Of a DNA stretch of 55,405 nt, positions 1 through 8,475 are shown one piece after another. The notes under the pieces were generated by a model. The model saw only the letters and a program-made list of their open reading frames with translations. It was not told where the DNA came from and did no database searches. Source of the DNA: Candidatus Liptonbacteria bacterium (GTDB taxonomy: Bacteria > Patescibacteriota > Minisyncoccia > UBA6257 > JACOXY01); the NCBI GenBank assembly GCA_016182095.1, contig JACOXY010000013.1, forward strand, positions 1-55,405. The letters run 5' to 3'. A program made the translations under genes and the position numbers. Positions within the stretch are counted from its first letter, which is position 1. Each line of letters begins with the position of its first letter.

Positions 1-340
1 CATCCAATCCCAATCTTTTTTTCGCTTCCTCATTAAACCTATTAAAGAACTGCGTGCCTGCCTTGGAAAAAAGCTCGCCTAGGTCGTGTTCGCTTATAGC
101 GGCGCTCATGTTATTTTTTTCAAACTTAACGAAGCCGGCATAAGTGGCTGCCGAAGAACTATTGTGGAGAAAAATTATTTTTGAGTTTTTTGGCGGGTTG
201 AGTTTTTTTAAAAACCCATGAAGATTGCCGTGTTTTTCATCCCAATATTTAAGAAAGTCTATCTCCTGGTCTCCAAAAATCAAGGTGGCTGCTCTTATGC
301 GCCCATCGGAACAATCTACTATATATATTCTTTCTTTCAC
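1..340 (-). CDS. Hypothetical protein, truncated by the window start
   Basis: Manually translated open frame from GTG at 340 (VKERIYIVDCSDGRIRAATLIFGDQEID...RLGLD) with no stop before base 1; extended -10 TGcTATAAT 8 nt upstream. Not in the ORF track. Confidence 0.6.
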   Translation of the reverse strand, partial: MKERIYIVDCSDGRIRAATLIFGDQEIDFLKYWDEKHGNLHGFLKKLNPPKNSKIIFLHNSSSAATYAGFVKFEKNNMSAAISEHDLGELFSKAGTQFFNRFNEEAKKRLGLD

Positions 341-412
341 TTACATTTATTATAGCATTCCATTAGAAATAACAAAGCATTATCTAAACAAAAAAAGGGG
401 CACAAAGCCTCC

Positions 413-757
413 TTAGAAACAACCGCGGGGATTGGCAGTGACGGTGAGGGTAACAGTCATAACATTAGACACAACGTCCGGAGCGGCAAATATCATAGTA
501 GAAAATTTTTGATAAGCAGACGAGAGATCTCGCAAGCGAATACAGGGATGTTTATTTATCAAACGCGCAACTTCCTTGCCAAATTTCCCGGTATGATCTC
601 CGAAAAGCTCTGCAATAGTTGCCGTTTTTTGGGCTAAAATCAAACCATGGGGAAAATCGCTTGGGGATAGAAGCACTTTGACTGGGGCTTCCGTGGCGTG
701 AGCAGAGACGCTTATCACCAAAAAAATACCCGCGAGCAAGCCAGCAATTTTCATCAT
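413..757 (-). CDS. Secreted hypothetical protein
   Basis: Start reassigned to ATG 757 behind AAGGAG; signal peptide MMKIAGLLAGIFLVISVSAHA. Confidence 0.65.
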   Translation of the reverse strand: MMKIAGLLAGIFLVISVSAHATEAPVKVLLSPSDFPHGLILAQKTATIAELFGDHTGKFGKEVARLINKHPCIRLRDLSSAYQKFSTMIFAAPDVVSNVMTVTLTVTANPRGCF

Positions 758-841
758 GCAATCTCCTTTATCAAGAACCAAAAACATTATAGGTCTTGTG
801 GCAAAAAAATCAAATTCTTGCGTACGGGACAAAACGCCGCC

Positions 842-1189
842 TCATGAGCCACGGCGGCGGGGTACGATGATTATGTCAGCATAAACAACCACCAAAGAAG
901 CGACGGATGTCAGCTGGGCGGCTAAGCTATATTCATAAATAATTCCAAGGAAAAATCCGAAAGTGAAAACTATCGCGCCAGCGAGAACGGCATTTAAAAA
1001 TTCAGCAAGGCCCGCAACAGTACCAGGGTAAGGTGAGGTATATCTCACCAGAAACGAGACTACGGCAATAAATATGACCAGAATTTCTACAGTCAAAAAT
1101 TGACCGAATCGCGCGACGGGCCCCAAGAAATGGAAAAGCAGTGAGTTCGCCAGAAGATAAAAGAGTATGCATATGCCATTTGCAAGCAT
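842..1189 (-). CDS. Hypothetical membrane protein (about 4 TM)
   Basis: Four hydrophobic segments; GAGG RBS; TGcTATAAT upstream. Confidence 0.65.
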   Translation of the reverse strand: MLANGICILFYLLANSLLFHFLGPVARFGQFLTVEILVIFIAVVSFLVRYTSPYPGTVAGLAEFLNAVLAGAIVFTFGFFLGIIYEYSLAAQLTSVASLVVVYADIIIVPRRRGS

Positions 1190-1242
1190 GTAAGCCTCGC
1201 TTTTGTTTTTAGAAGCTAAAGAAATTATAGCAGAAAATCGGA

Positions 1243-1269
1243 GTCACTCAACCATTCGCGCGGATAAAA
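1243..1269. repeat. Cassette-boundary motif, copy 1
   Basis: gtcactcaaccattcgcgcggataaaa; 25/27 match to copy 3 (4023-4053). Confidence 0.75.
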
Positions 1270-1271
1270 CA

Positions 1272-1302
1272 AAAACCCCCGTGCAAGAACGCACTAGGGG
1301 GT
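1272..1302 (-). terminator. Intrinsic terminator
   Basis: accccc-gtgc...gcac-ta-gggggt hairpin followed by a U-tract on the minus strand. Confidence 0.6.
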
Positions 1303-1323
1303 GGGTGGGGGGGGAACACAAAT

Positions 1324-1788
1324 TCAAATATTATTTGATTTCGGGTAAGGTAAGAACTGCCAGGACGCAGAAACATCCTCGCGCCAAACATATCTTGAGT
1401 GACGGCAACCATATCTTAAACAAAGCACCAGTGCTTGCTGATAAGAAGATCTCATCACGCCCTTTCTCGCGGGATCTTTTTCCAAGTCATGCCAACCAAA
1501 AAAACAGAGAATTGCGCCGAATAAATTTCGAGGATTTTTCTTTTCCGTCCAAGGTTCTATAGATTCAATGGAATAATCTTCAGTGTGTCCGAAATAATCG
1601 TGGGCATGAACGCCAGACACTTCGCAGGCATTAAAGGCATCTCTATACGAATACCGCTCTACTACCGCCCAATGACCGTAATTTTTTACTCGCACAATTG
1701 AACCCAACGGAAAGCGGTCTTCAATAATTTTGTCCTGATTTCTGGCTTTAATGATCGAATCTACCGGGCGACCAATCCAAAGCCCCAT
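1324..1788 (-). CDS. Hypothetical protein
   Basis: Start reassigned to ATG 1788 behind AGGAG; TTGACA-17-TATAAA promoter at ~1856-1828; C-terminal C/H motif (LCFFGWH...CLRYGC). Confidence 0.65.
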   Translation of the reverse strand: MGLWIGRPVDSIIKARNQDKIIEDRFPLGSIVRVKNYGHWAVVERYSYRDAFNACEVSGVHAHDYFGHTEDYSIESIEPWTEKKNPRNLFGAILCFFGWHDLEKDPARKGVMRSSYQQALVLCLRYGCRHSRYVWREDVSASWQFLPYPKSNNI

Positions 1789-1854
1789 TGCTACGCTCCT
1801 TGTCAATTTAGTATTAGGTTCTACGGCCTTTATACTACCAAATATAATTCTTGT

Positions 1855-1885
1855 CAACCGTTACGCAACAGTCGCGCGGATAAAA
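1855..1885. repeat. Cassette-boundary motif, copy 2
   Basis: caaccgttacgcaacagtcgcgcggataaaa; 26/31 match to copy 3. Confidence 0.7.
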
Positions 1886-1937
1886 TAGAAACCACGCGCG
1901 AGAATGTGCGTGGCTAAAAATCAATTATCCCTTCTTA

Positions 1938-2387
1938 TTATACATAACCGAACACACTCAGCCCCTCGAATGCCTCGTTCATTTCTCTTATTCCAATAAT
2001 TTCGAAGGTATTCCCCGCCGGCTGGAACATCTCCTCGGAATTTTCTCCATCGAAATGAAATAGTATGCGATACTGTCCCCTTTTCAGGCGATAAGTACTG
2101 ATAGTGAGAATAAAAGTACCATCTTTAGAAAGTGTAAAATTTCTTGCCCAAAGCGTTGTGAAACCGCGCTTCAACGTATAGTGAACACACGGCTCAGAAG
2201 TCACCGGAAATATTGTTTCGTCATTCCGAAGAACAGTGCCGCGGAGAATGATCTTTTCTCCACGGATAATCAGAGGTACATCAATTTTAACTTTTACACG
2301 ATATTGAGATTGATTTCCTCGGCTGAAAAGTTCAGTGATGCGTTGCGCCAAAGCTTCTTGAGTCCTCTCTGCATGCGACTTACTCAT
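1938..2387 (-). CDS. Hypothetical protein
   Basis: 149-aa ORF with GGAG RBS, own TTGACA/TATAAA promoter and a downstream hairpin (1890-1915). Confidence 0.7.
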   Translation of the reverse strand: MSKSHAERTQEALAQRITELFSRGNQSQYRVKVKIDVPLIIRGEKIILRGTVLRNDETIFPVTSEPCVHYTLKRGFTTLWARNFTLSKDGTFILTISTYRLKRGQYRILFHFDGENSEEMFQPAGNTFEIIGIREMNEAFEGLSVFGYV

Positions 2388-2417
2388 GTTAATCTCTCCC
2401 TAAATGCTTTGGGCTGT

Positions 2418-2455
2418 TGCTACCTATATTTATACTCAAAAATTACGCATTGTCA
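2418..2455 (-). promoter_or_regulatory. Sigma70 promoter, homologous to 4661-4700
   Basis: TTGACA-16-TATAAAtataggtagca. Confidence 0.6.
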
Positions 2456-2898
2456 ATTGTTGCCCTAATGCGCCTAGTTCCCGCCCCCACAGCTTCTTCT
2501 TTCAAAATACGAAAGTGTCCTATCTCCCCAGTGTGGGTCACGTGAGGGCCGCCGCAAAATTCTTTGCTATAAGCGTCTTCAATCGTTTTGCCGACATAAT
2601 ATACATTCACCATGTCGGGATATTTCTCCCTAAAGTAATACAGAGCGCCGGTTTTTTCGGCTTCGGCTTTAGGCATTACTGCTTTTTGCACCGGCAAATC
2701 TTTTGCAACTATAGAATTCACTTCGTCCTCAACTTTCTTAATTTCTTCGGGTGTGAGCTTGCGAGGAAATGTAAAATCAAAACGGGTACGCTCGGCCGTA
2801 ATGTCCGATCCCGCCTGATGAACATCGTTCCCCAAAATATTCCGCATGGCCTGCTGAAGCAGATGGGTCGCGGTGTGAAGCCGTGACCGCACCTGCAT
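2443..2898 (-). CDS. Stand-alone AlaRS editing domain (AlaX-like); paralog of the alaS C-terminus
   Basis: HTATH and CGGPH Zn-ligand motifs; about 80% aa identity to the last ~145 aa of alaS by manual alignment; TGcTACAAT upstream of ATG 2898. Confidence 0.8.
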   Translation of the reverse strand: MQVRSRLHTATHLLQQAMRNILGNDVHQAGSDITAERTRFDFTFPRKLTPEEIKKVEDEVNSIVAKDLPVQKAVMPKAEAEKTGALYYFREKYPDMVNVYYVGKTIEDAYSKEFCGGPHVTHTGEIGHFRILKEEAVGAGTRRIRATIDNA

Positions 2899-3019
2899 TA
2901 GCAGACAAAAGCATTGTAGCAAAGGTTGGCATAAAAGAAAATGAGCCTCCGGCGCTGCGAAAAAATTCGCGCCGAAGGCTCAAGGGTTAAAGAGGGACAA
3001 GCCCTCAAGGTTACAAGGT

Positions 3020-3782
3020 TCAGAACTTCCGGGACGCCCCGAGGCCAACGCTGTAGTAACGGCGGCCGTCCCAGTTGAGGACGCGGAGGCCGCGCCCGTC
3101 GAAAGTGCCGACACACGAGACGAAGCCAGCAGAGACCTTGTCGGTATTGACTGTGCGTTCCGTGCAGGCTGCCCATCGCGATCCGTTGGGGCGCTCGCCG
3201 GTCTTCTTGAAGACGAGGATGTCCTTCGTCGTCTCGACGATGGTCGTCGGCACCTCGTACTCGGGCGGGAGCATCGCTACCTGTTCTTCAGGCGTCTTGT
3301 CCGTTGAGCCGGGAACGATTTCCTTGTGCACGAGGTACCAGTGACGCCGCATCGTTACCACATCGGTGTGGGGCTGACCAACATGCCACGGACTGGTGTT
3401 GAAGTAGAACTTCGGCTGACCCGTTGCCGGGTGCAATTCCATCCACTTCGCCACCGTGAGCGGATCGCCGTTTATGCAGTCGATTCCATAGAAACCGAAG
3501 TGGCAATCCTTCACCACTTTGCCGCAGAGCAAGCAGACAGAGGTGAGAACATCTTCACCCCACGGGAACTTCCCGGCTTCGCGGATCTGCTTCTTCACGA
3601 ACTTGGCGTCGTAGTAGCTCATCCAGTCGGCATCGGTGAAGATGTTGCGACCGAGAACCACCCGAGCCAACCTCGACTCGATGGAACCAACGAGACCCGA
3701 CTGCCTTCTCCAACGCGGAGACGCTTTCCTCGAACTCGCCCTTGGTCATTGTCCAGAGACCGCTTGTCTGTCTTGTGCTCAT
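3020..3782 (-). pseudogene. DGR-target-like (C-type lectin/FGE-like C-terminus) gene with a frame break near 3700
   Basis: GGAGG-ATG at 3782 (MSTRQTSGLW...) is out of frame with the main ORF 3020..3670, which ends VGTFDGRGLRVLNWDGRRYYSVGLGASRKF; GC-rich. Confidence 0.6.
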
Positions 3783-4019
3783 GGCACACCTCCAGTTTTT
3801 GATTTGCTCTCCACATCCTTTAGAGACTTTAGAGAGCGGATTACCCCTTGCCGCGGGGCTGCGGTCCCATCTCGGAATTTGAGACGAGCGTTTTGGGAAC
3901 TATTTTGGTTTATAGCGCCGAAAACGCTCGTCTCAAGATATTCATAACCTTGTTTGTTCAATTTTCAAAGGTGCTATTTTAACTGTGTTAAGTATAGCAA
4001 TATATTGCCTAAATGTCAA
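3783..4019 (-). promoter_or_regulatory. Promoter and long structured 5' leader
   Basis: TTGACA-17-TATACT; boxA-like GCACCTTTGAAAA; perfect 16-bp inverted repeat ttgagacgagcgtttt/aaaacgctcgtctcaa; further small stems; GGAGG. Confidence 0.65.
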
Positions 4020-4022
4020 GGG

Positions 4023-4053
4023 CAACCGTCACTCAACCATCGCGCGAATAAAA
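4023..4053. repeat. Cassette-boundary motif, copy 3
   Basis: caaccgtcactcaaccatcgcgcgaataaaa, next to the terminator hairpin at 4055-4086. Confidence 0.75.
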
Positions 4054-4119
4054 TAAAATCCCCCACGCAACAATGCATTGGGGGGAGAAAAAATTCCCAG
4101 GGACAAAAGGTTAAACAGA

Positions 4120-4635
4120 TTACTTGCGAACGGCGAGGAAACGAACGCTCCCGACCCAGCTGTACTCAAACCAGTACAAGAACAAGTAACGCCCCAAGTC
4201 GTCCCTGTAAAGGTACGCCACATATCGATTGCCGTGCACCTCACACACCGAACCAATGGTAACAACCGGGAAGTGCAACTGGACATCCGGGTACTTCACG
4301 CCAAACGCAAGAAGCTCGTGCAATGTGGCTGGGCGATAACCCCGATCATCAAGTTCCATGAGAGCACCATCAGATGAAACCATACGATTGAAAGAAATAA
4401 GTTCTGTCTGAACTTCTGCTCTGCCATGTTTTTTGCTGTGAAAGTTGCTGGAATTAACACTCTTGCTTGCCCAACTGTAGTGACCAAGTTCTACCAATTT
4501 TTCTACTGATATATCGTAGTTAACGGTAACAGGGTAACTGACCGCTGATCGATCAGCGGCAAGGGAGATGCAAGATAAAACGGCGAAAAGAAAAGCAATG
4601 GTAGCAAATAGAGAAAAGAGCTTATTCCGCGACAT
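4120..4635 (-). CDS. Exported protein with DGR-target-like C-terminus
   Basis: Signal/TM N-terminus; GYRPATLHELLAF motif; ends YLFLYWFEYSWVGSVRFLAVRK; GAGGAGG RBS. Confidence 0.75.
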   Translation of the reverse strand: MSRNKLFSLFATIAFLFAVLSCISLAADRSAVSYPVTVNYDISVEKLVELGHYSWASKSVNSSNFHSKKHGRAEVQTELISFNRMVSSDGALMELDDRGYRPATLHELLAFGVKYPDVQLHFPVVTIGSVCEVHGNRYVAYLYRDDLGRYLFLYWFEYSWVGSVRFLAVRK

Positions 4636-4660
4636 TACTGCCTCCTCAAGTTTTGTGATT

Positions 4661-4700
4661 TGCTATCTGTATTTATACTCAAAAAATTGTGGCTAGTCAA
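4661..4700 (-). promoter_or_regulatory. Sigma70 promoter downstream of alaS
   Basis: TTGACT-17-TATAAAtacagatagca. Confidence 0.6.
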
Positions 4701-4752
4701 CTCCGAAGCTCTGGTCGGAGCTCCGATCTCGCTATGCGAGCATCGGAGCCGT

Positions 4753-6594
4753 TTAATCTACTGAAGCGCGGATGCGGCGAACTCCCGCTCCAACGGCTTC
4801 TTCTTTCAAAATGCGAAAGCGCCCTATCTCTCTAGTGTGGGTTACATGCGGGCCCCCGCAGAATTCTTTGCTATAAGCATCTTCAATCGTTTTGCCGACA
4901 TAATATACGTTTACTGGATCAGGATATTTTTCTTTGAAAAAATACAGCGCGCCGGTTTTTTTTGCCTCCTCTATCGGCATTTCTTTGAAATGCACCGGCA
5001 TATCCCGCGCTATCACTTCATTTACTTCTGTCTCAATTTTTTTAATTTCTTCTGGGGTTAATTTTCTATGGTATGTAAAATCAAAGCGGGTGCGCTCGGC
5101 GGTAATGTCAGACCCCGCCTGATGTACTTCGTTACCCAATATATTTCTCAAGGCTTGTTGCATCAAGTGCGTCGCAGTATGTAGCCGCGTTACTTTCTTT
5201 AACTCTTCCTCATCCCCTGCTTTCAATTCACCCGTATCTAAAATAAGCCCGTGTCCACCGAATTTTTTCTCCAGTCCCGCGCGTGATTTTTCCTGATGCT
5301 TTTGGTATGCTTCATCGAATTCTTTTTCTGTCCGCTCGCTAAAACTGAACCCCCATTTCTCCATCACCATTTTCATCACCTCGAAATCAACTCCGTGCGT
5401 CTCTCTTATCCTGAATAAAATAGACCCGTCAATATCAGCCACATTATTTTTTACAACAACATTTGGTAGCAGCCTTTCAGGATCAACGCCTCCAATAAAT
5501 CGACTATAAAGTTTTTTCAAATCTGCTACGGTTCCAGTCAAAATTTTTGAGTATTTTTCTACCTCATCTTGCATAATACTCATCATTCGATCCCCGTTGT
5601 TAAGCAAATCAGGATAAAAATGCTTATATATATCAATAATTATGGAAACTGGATTCTGAAAAAAATTTTTGTCAGGTCCGGCGCCCACATCAAGATAGTG
5701 GGCCGTGAGAGCTCTCCTTAATAAGCGCCTGGGGATATAACCTCGTCCCTCTTTACCAGGCAAAACACCATCACTGATCAAAAAAACTGCCGCGCGAAGA
5801 TGATCAACGATCAACCTAATTTGACCTATGGGTTTATCTCCTTGAATTTCAATTATCGAATGCATTATTGGCTGCAACAAATCCGTCTCAAAAATATTAT
5901 TCTTCTCCTGCGAAACCATAACCAGACGTTCCAGTCCCATGCCCGTGTCAACACCCGGGGTCTTTAATTTTTCTAATTTTCCGTTTTTACAATAATATTC
6001 ATTAAAGACAATGTTCCAAATTTCAACGCCGTTTATATAAATTTCTGTGGTCGGGCCGCACGGGCCTTCGTTCCCGGTCGGGCCCCAAAAATTGTCTGTT
6101 CTGCCAAATTTTTTTATGCTTTTTACTCCCAGCGATTTCCAAATCTCTTCGGATTCAGTATCAGCAGGAACTCCATCACCACCTTCAAAAACGCTTACAT
6201 AATCTATCGCAAGCCCCATTTCTTTGGTAATAAAATCATGCGCATAGGTTATCGCCCCTTTTTTGAAATATCCGCCCTTGGGCGAAACTGGCTCGCCGGG
6301 CTTATAGCCAAACGAAAAATTCCCTAGCATTTCAAAAAAAGTAAGGTGTGACTCATCCCCCACCTCGTCAATGTCGGAAGTGCGGAATGACTTTTGAATA
6401 GAAGCGGTGTTTTTGCTTCCAAAATCCTTCATTGGGTCAGCTTCGCCCGTGTAATACTTCTTAAACTGCTGCATCCCAGCGGTCGTTAAAAGCACCGACG
6501 GGTCGTCAGGAATAAGTGATGACGAAGACACGATAGTATGTCCGCGTTCTTTGAAAAAGGCGAGAAACTTTTTACGGATTTCTTCTGAAGACAT
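4753..6594 (-). CDS. alaS: Alanine--tRNA ligase (short form lacking the C-Ala domain)
   Basis: AGMQQFK, HLTFFEMLGNFSFG, EIWNIVF, DTGMGLER, HTATH/CGGPH. Confidence 0.97.
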   Translation of the reverse strand: MSSEEIRKKFLAFFKERGHTIVSSSSLIPDDPSVLLTTAGMQQFKKYYTGEADPMKDFGSKNTASIQKSFRTSDIDEVGDESHLTFFEMLGNFSFGYKPGEPVSPKGGYFKKGAITYAHDFITKEMGLAIDYVSVFEGGDGVPADTESEEIWKSLGVKSIKKFGRTDNFWGPTGNEGPCGPTTEIYINGVEIWNIVFNEYYCKNGKLEKLKTPGVDTGMGLERLVMVSQEKNNIFETDLLQPIMHSIIEIQGDKPIGQIRLIVDHLRAAVFLISDGVLPGKEGRGYIPRRLLRRALTAHYLDVGAGPDKNFFQNPVSIIIDIYKHFYPDLLNNGDRMMSIMQDEVEKYSKILTGTVADLKKLYSRFIGGVDPERLLPNVVVKNNVADIDGSILFRIRETHGVDFEVMKMVMEKWGFSFSERTEKEFDEAYQKHQEKSRAGLEKKFGGHGLILDTGELKAGDEEELKKVTRLHTATHLMQQALRNILGNEVHQAGSDITAERTRFDFTYHRKLTPEEIKKIETEVNEVIARDMPVHFKEMPIEEAKKTGALYFFKEKYPDPVNVYYVGKTIEDAYSKEFCGGPHVTHTREIGRFRILKEEAVGAGVRRIRASVD

Positions 6595-6692
6595 GAGAGT
6601 AACTTAACACAAAAAAAAGACAAAAAAAAGGCGGCCTATGCCGCTAATTTACTTATCTTTCATTTCCTCGGAATATTTCTGAAAACAAATTC

Positions 6693-6893
6693 CTATTCTA
6701 ATTTTTTAAAAAGATACAGATTATAGAAATAGATACCAATGGCAATAAGAGCGGCAACAAGTCCAAGAGAACCAACGGCAAGATTATAAAAGCTATAGTT
6801 ATAGGGAAAGTTGGCGTTGTCAAAAATAAAAACACTCGCTACCCACGCCAGCAAACAACAACCAGTAATTCTGTTATATAATCTTGGGCTCAT
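6693..6893 (-). CDS. Small membrane protein
   Basis: Two hydrophobic segments; start uncertain. Confidence 0.45.
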   Translation of the reverse strand: MSPRLYNRITGCCLLAWVASVFIFDNANFPYNYSFYNLAVGSLGLVAALIAIGIYFYNLYLFKKLE

Positions 6894-7152
6894 GCTTACA
6901 TCAGCTCTCAATCCATATGTTCTGCGGCTAGTCAATCACATCTATGGCGCGGAGGGATTAGTGTCTGCTTACCGGCAAGCGGGGAAGTGAACAAAATTTA
7001 TCAATTGAACTCCCGTGTCGTCACAAGAGTGACTAAAGCTCCTGCGAACTCTCGAATCAGGTATCCTGCCCAAGTTTTTCTACAGAAAAATTTAGGCGGG
7101 TAGGGGCGGTCCAAAATTTAAAAAAATCACCTCACATGAGGTGATTAATTTA

Positions 7153-7773
7153 CTATCCCGAGCAGGATTTCCACTCTCCGACAAGTATCTTTTCGCAATT
7201 TCTACAGAGCCAACCAGGAAATGTTTTTTCAGATCCGTCTTTACAGGTATAAGTTCTTTTTATGGGGAAGTTGTGCGCTATGTGATACGGCGCTGCGTTG
7301 TAGGCGTCATCGCCCCAGTGCCAATTCATGTCGAATTGATAATCGCAATTGATACATGGAATGTACCGATGTGTAAAATATTCAGACATCCCATTTTTTA
7401 TTGCCCAATCGCGGTTTAGCGGTTCTTGCGGCCGCGCTCCCTTACAAACTTCTGCCGGAGTATATCTCTTCAGTTTTTTTACCGCCCAAGCGTATGCATT
7501 CTGATAAGCGATAATCTGCTCTGGCAGAATCTGCGCCACTACTTGGCAGCTTTGGTCTGATGGAGAATAGCCGACTTCCCGGACTTTAATACCCGCTCTC
7601 CGCATTTCATCTGCGATTTTTTCTGATACACGGGTAAATCGTCTTACGCGGAGGTCATATTTTGTATCATCCCACCAGCAGTATAGGGGAGCAATAAGGT
7701 TAAGAGGTTTTATGATTACATAAATAATAAAATAGGTTACGATGACAGAAAGCACCCTTTTGATCGATTTCAT
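7153..7773 (-). CDS. Hypothetical protein with CxxC motifs
   Basis: 206-aa ORF; N-terminal TM; CINC and CRNC; terminator aatcacctca/tgaggtgatt at 7126-7147. Confidence 0.7.
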   Translation of the reverse strand: MKSIKRVLSVIVTYFIIYVIIKPLNLIAPLYCWWDDTKYDLRVRRFTRVSEKIADEMRRAGIKVREVGYSPSDQSCQVVAQILPEQIIAYQNAYAWAVKKLKRYTPAEVCKGARPQEPLNRDWAIKNGMSEYFTHRYIPCINCDYQFDMNWHWGDDAYNAAPYHIAHNFPIKRTYTCKDGSEKTFPGWLCRNCEKILVGEWKSCSG

Positions 7774-7884
7774 TCAACCCCCCAGTTTTACCAAGAACTA
7801 AAAATATAATGCCACATTATCGTTGATAGTTCAATCAGCAGGCGCTCCCCACTATTCGCTAGCCACTATTCACTAGTTACTTTC

Positions 7885-8349
7885 TTACTCTGCTACAGTA
7901 ACTTTCCCAAAAACAGATGCAAGCAGGTGGTTATGATATCCCCACTCGCCAACTTCGTTGAAGGTGAAACTATAAGATTCCCCCGGCTTCACGGCTCGGC
8001 AAGCATCAAACATTTTACTCTCGTTACTCGTGCCGCACTTTTCAATATCGGAACCAGGATAGACAGTGTGCGTGGGATGCATCGCTGTCGCCGGCCAAGT
8101 ATCTTGAGTTCCGTCATTCTCCCAAGTAACCGTGTCGCCTTTTTTAACGGTCAATTCTCGGGGAGTGAAAGCTGTCCCGTCAAAACTAACCACCCAAGTC
8201 TTATTCACGCTTACCGGAGAGAGCGGCGGCTCAACTGGAGGAGTAACATTCGGCGCATCCGCAGGAGCATTTGAATTTTGATAGAAAACGAACCCGCCGA
8301 CTAAAACCACTACCATAACTACAAACCACGATAAAGATTTGTTATTCAT
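7885..8349 (-). CDS. Membrane-anchored cupredoxin/plastocyanin-like protein
   Basis: FTPRELTVKKGDTVTWEN, HPTHTVYPG, FTFNEVGEWGYHNHL. Confidence 0.85.
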   Translation of the reverse strand: MNNKSLSWFVVMVVVLVGGFVFYQNSNAPADAPNVTPPVEPPLSPVSVNKTWVVSFDGTAFTPRELTVKKGDTVTWENDGTQDTWPATAMHPTHTVYPGSDIEKCGTSNESKMFDACRAVKPGESYSFTFNEVGEWGYHNHLLASVFGKVTVAE

Positions 8350-8475
8350 GATATTAAATCAAAATTTAAAAATCAAAAATAAAAATTTTGGATTATCTGC
8401 CTTTGGCAGATCCCATAATAATTTTACATTTTGAATTGCAATTTTGACTTTTGCATTTTGAATTTTTAATTAATT

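Noticed and set aside
2443-5190. alaS duplication as a DGR template/variable repeat pair
   Set aside because: Differences are mostly third-position and involve all bases rather than adenines only
4753-6594. Short AlaRS (also short IF-2 and ValRS) as pseudogenes
   Set aside because: Catalytic motifs are intact; loss of accessory domains is expected in reduced CPR genomes
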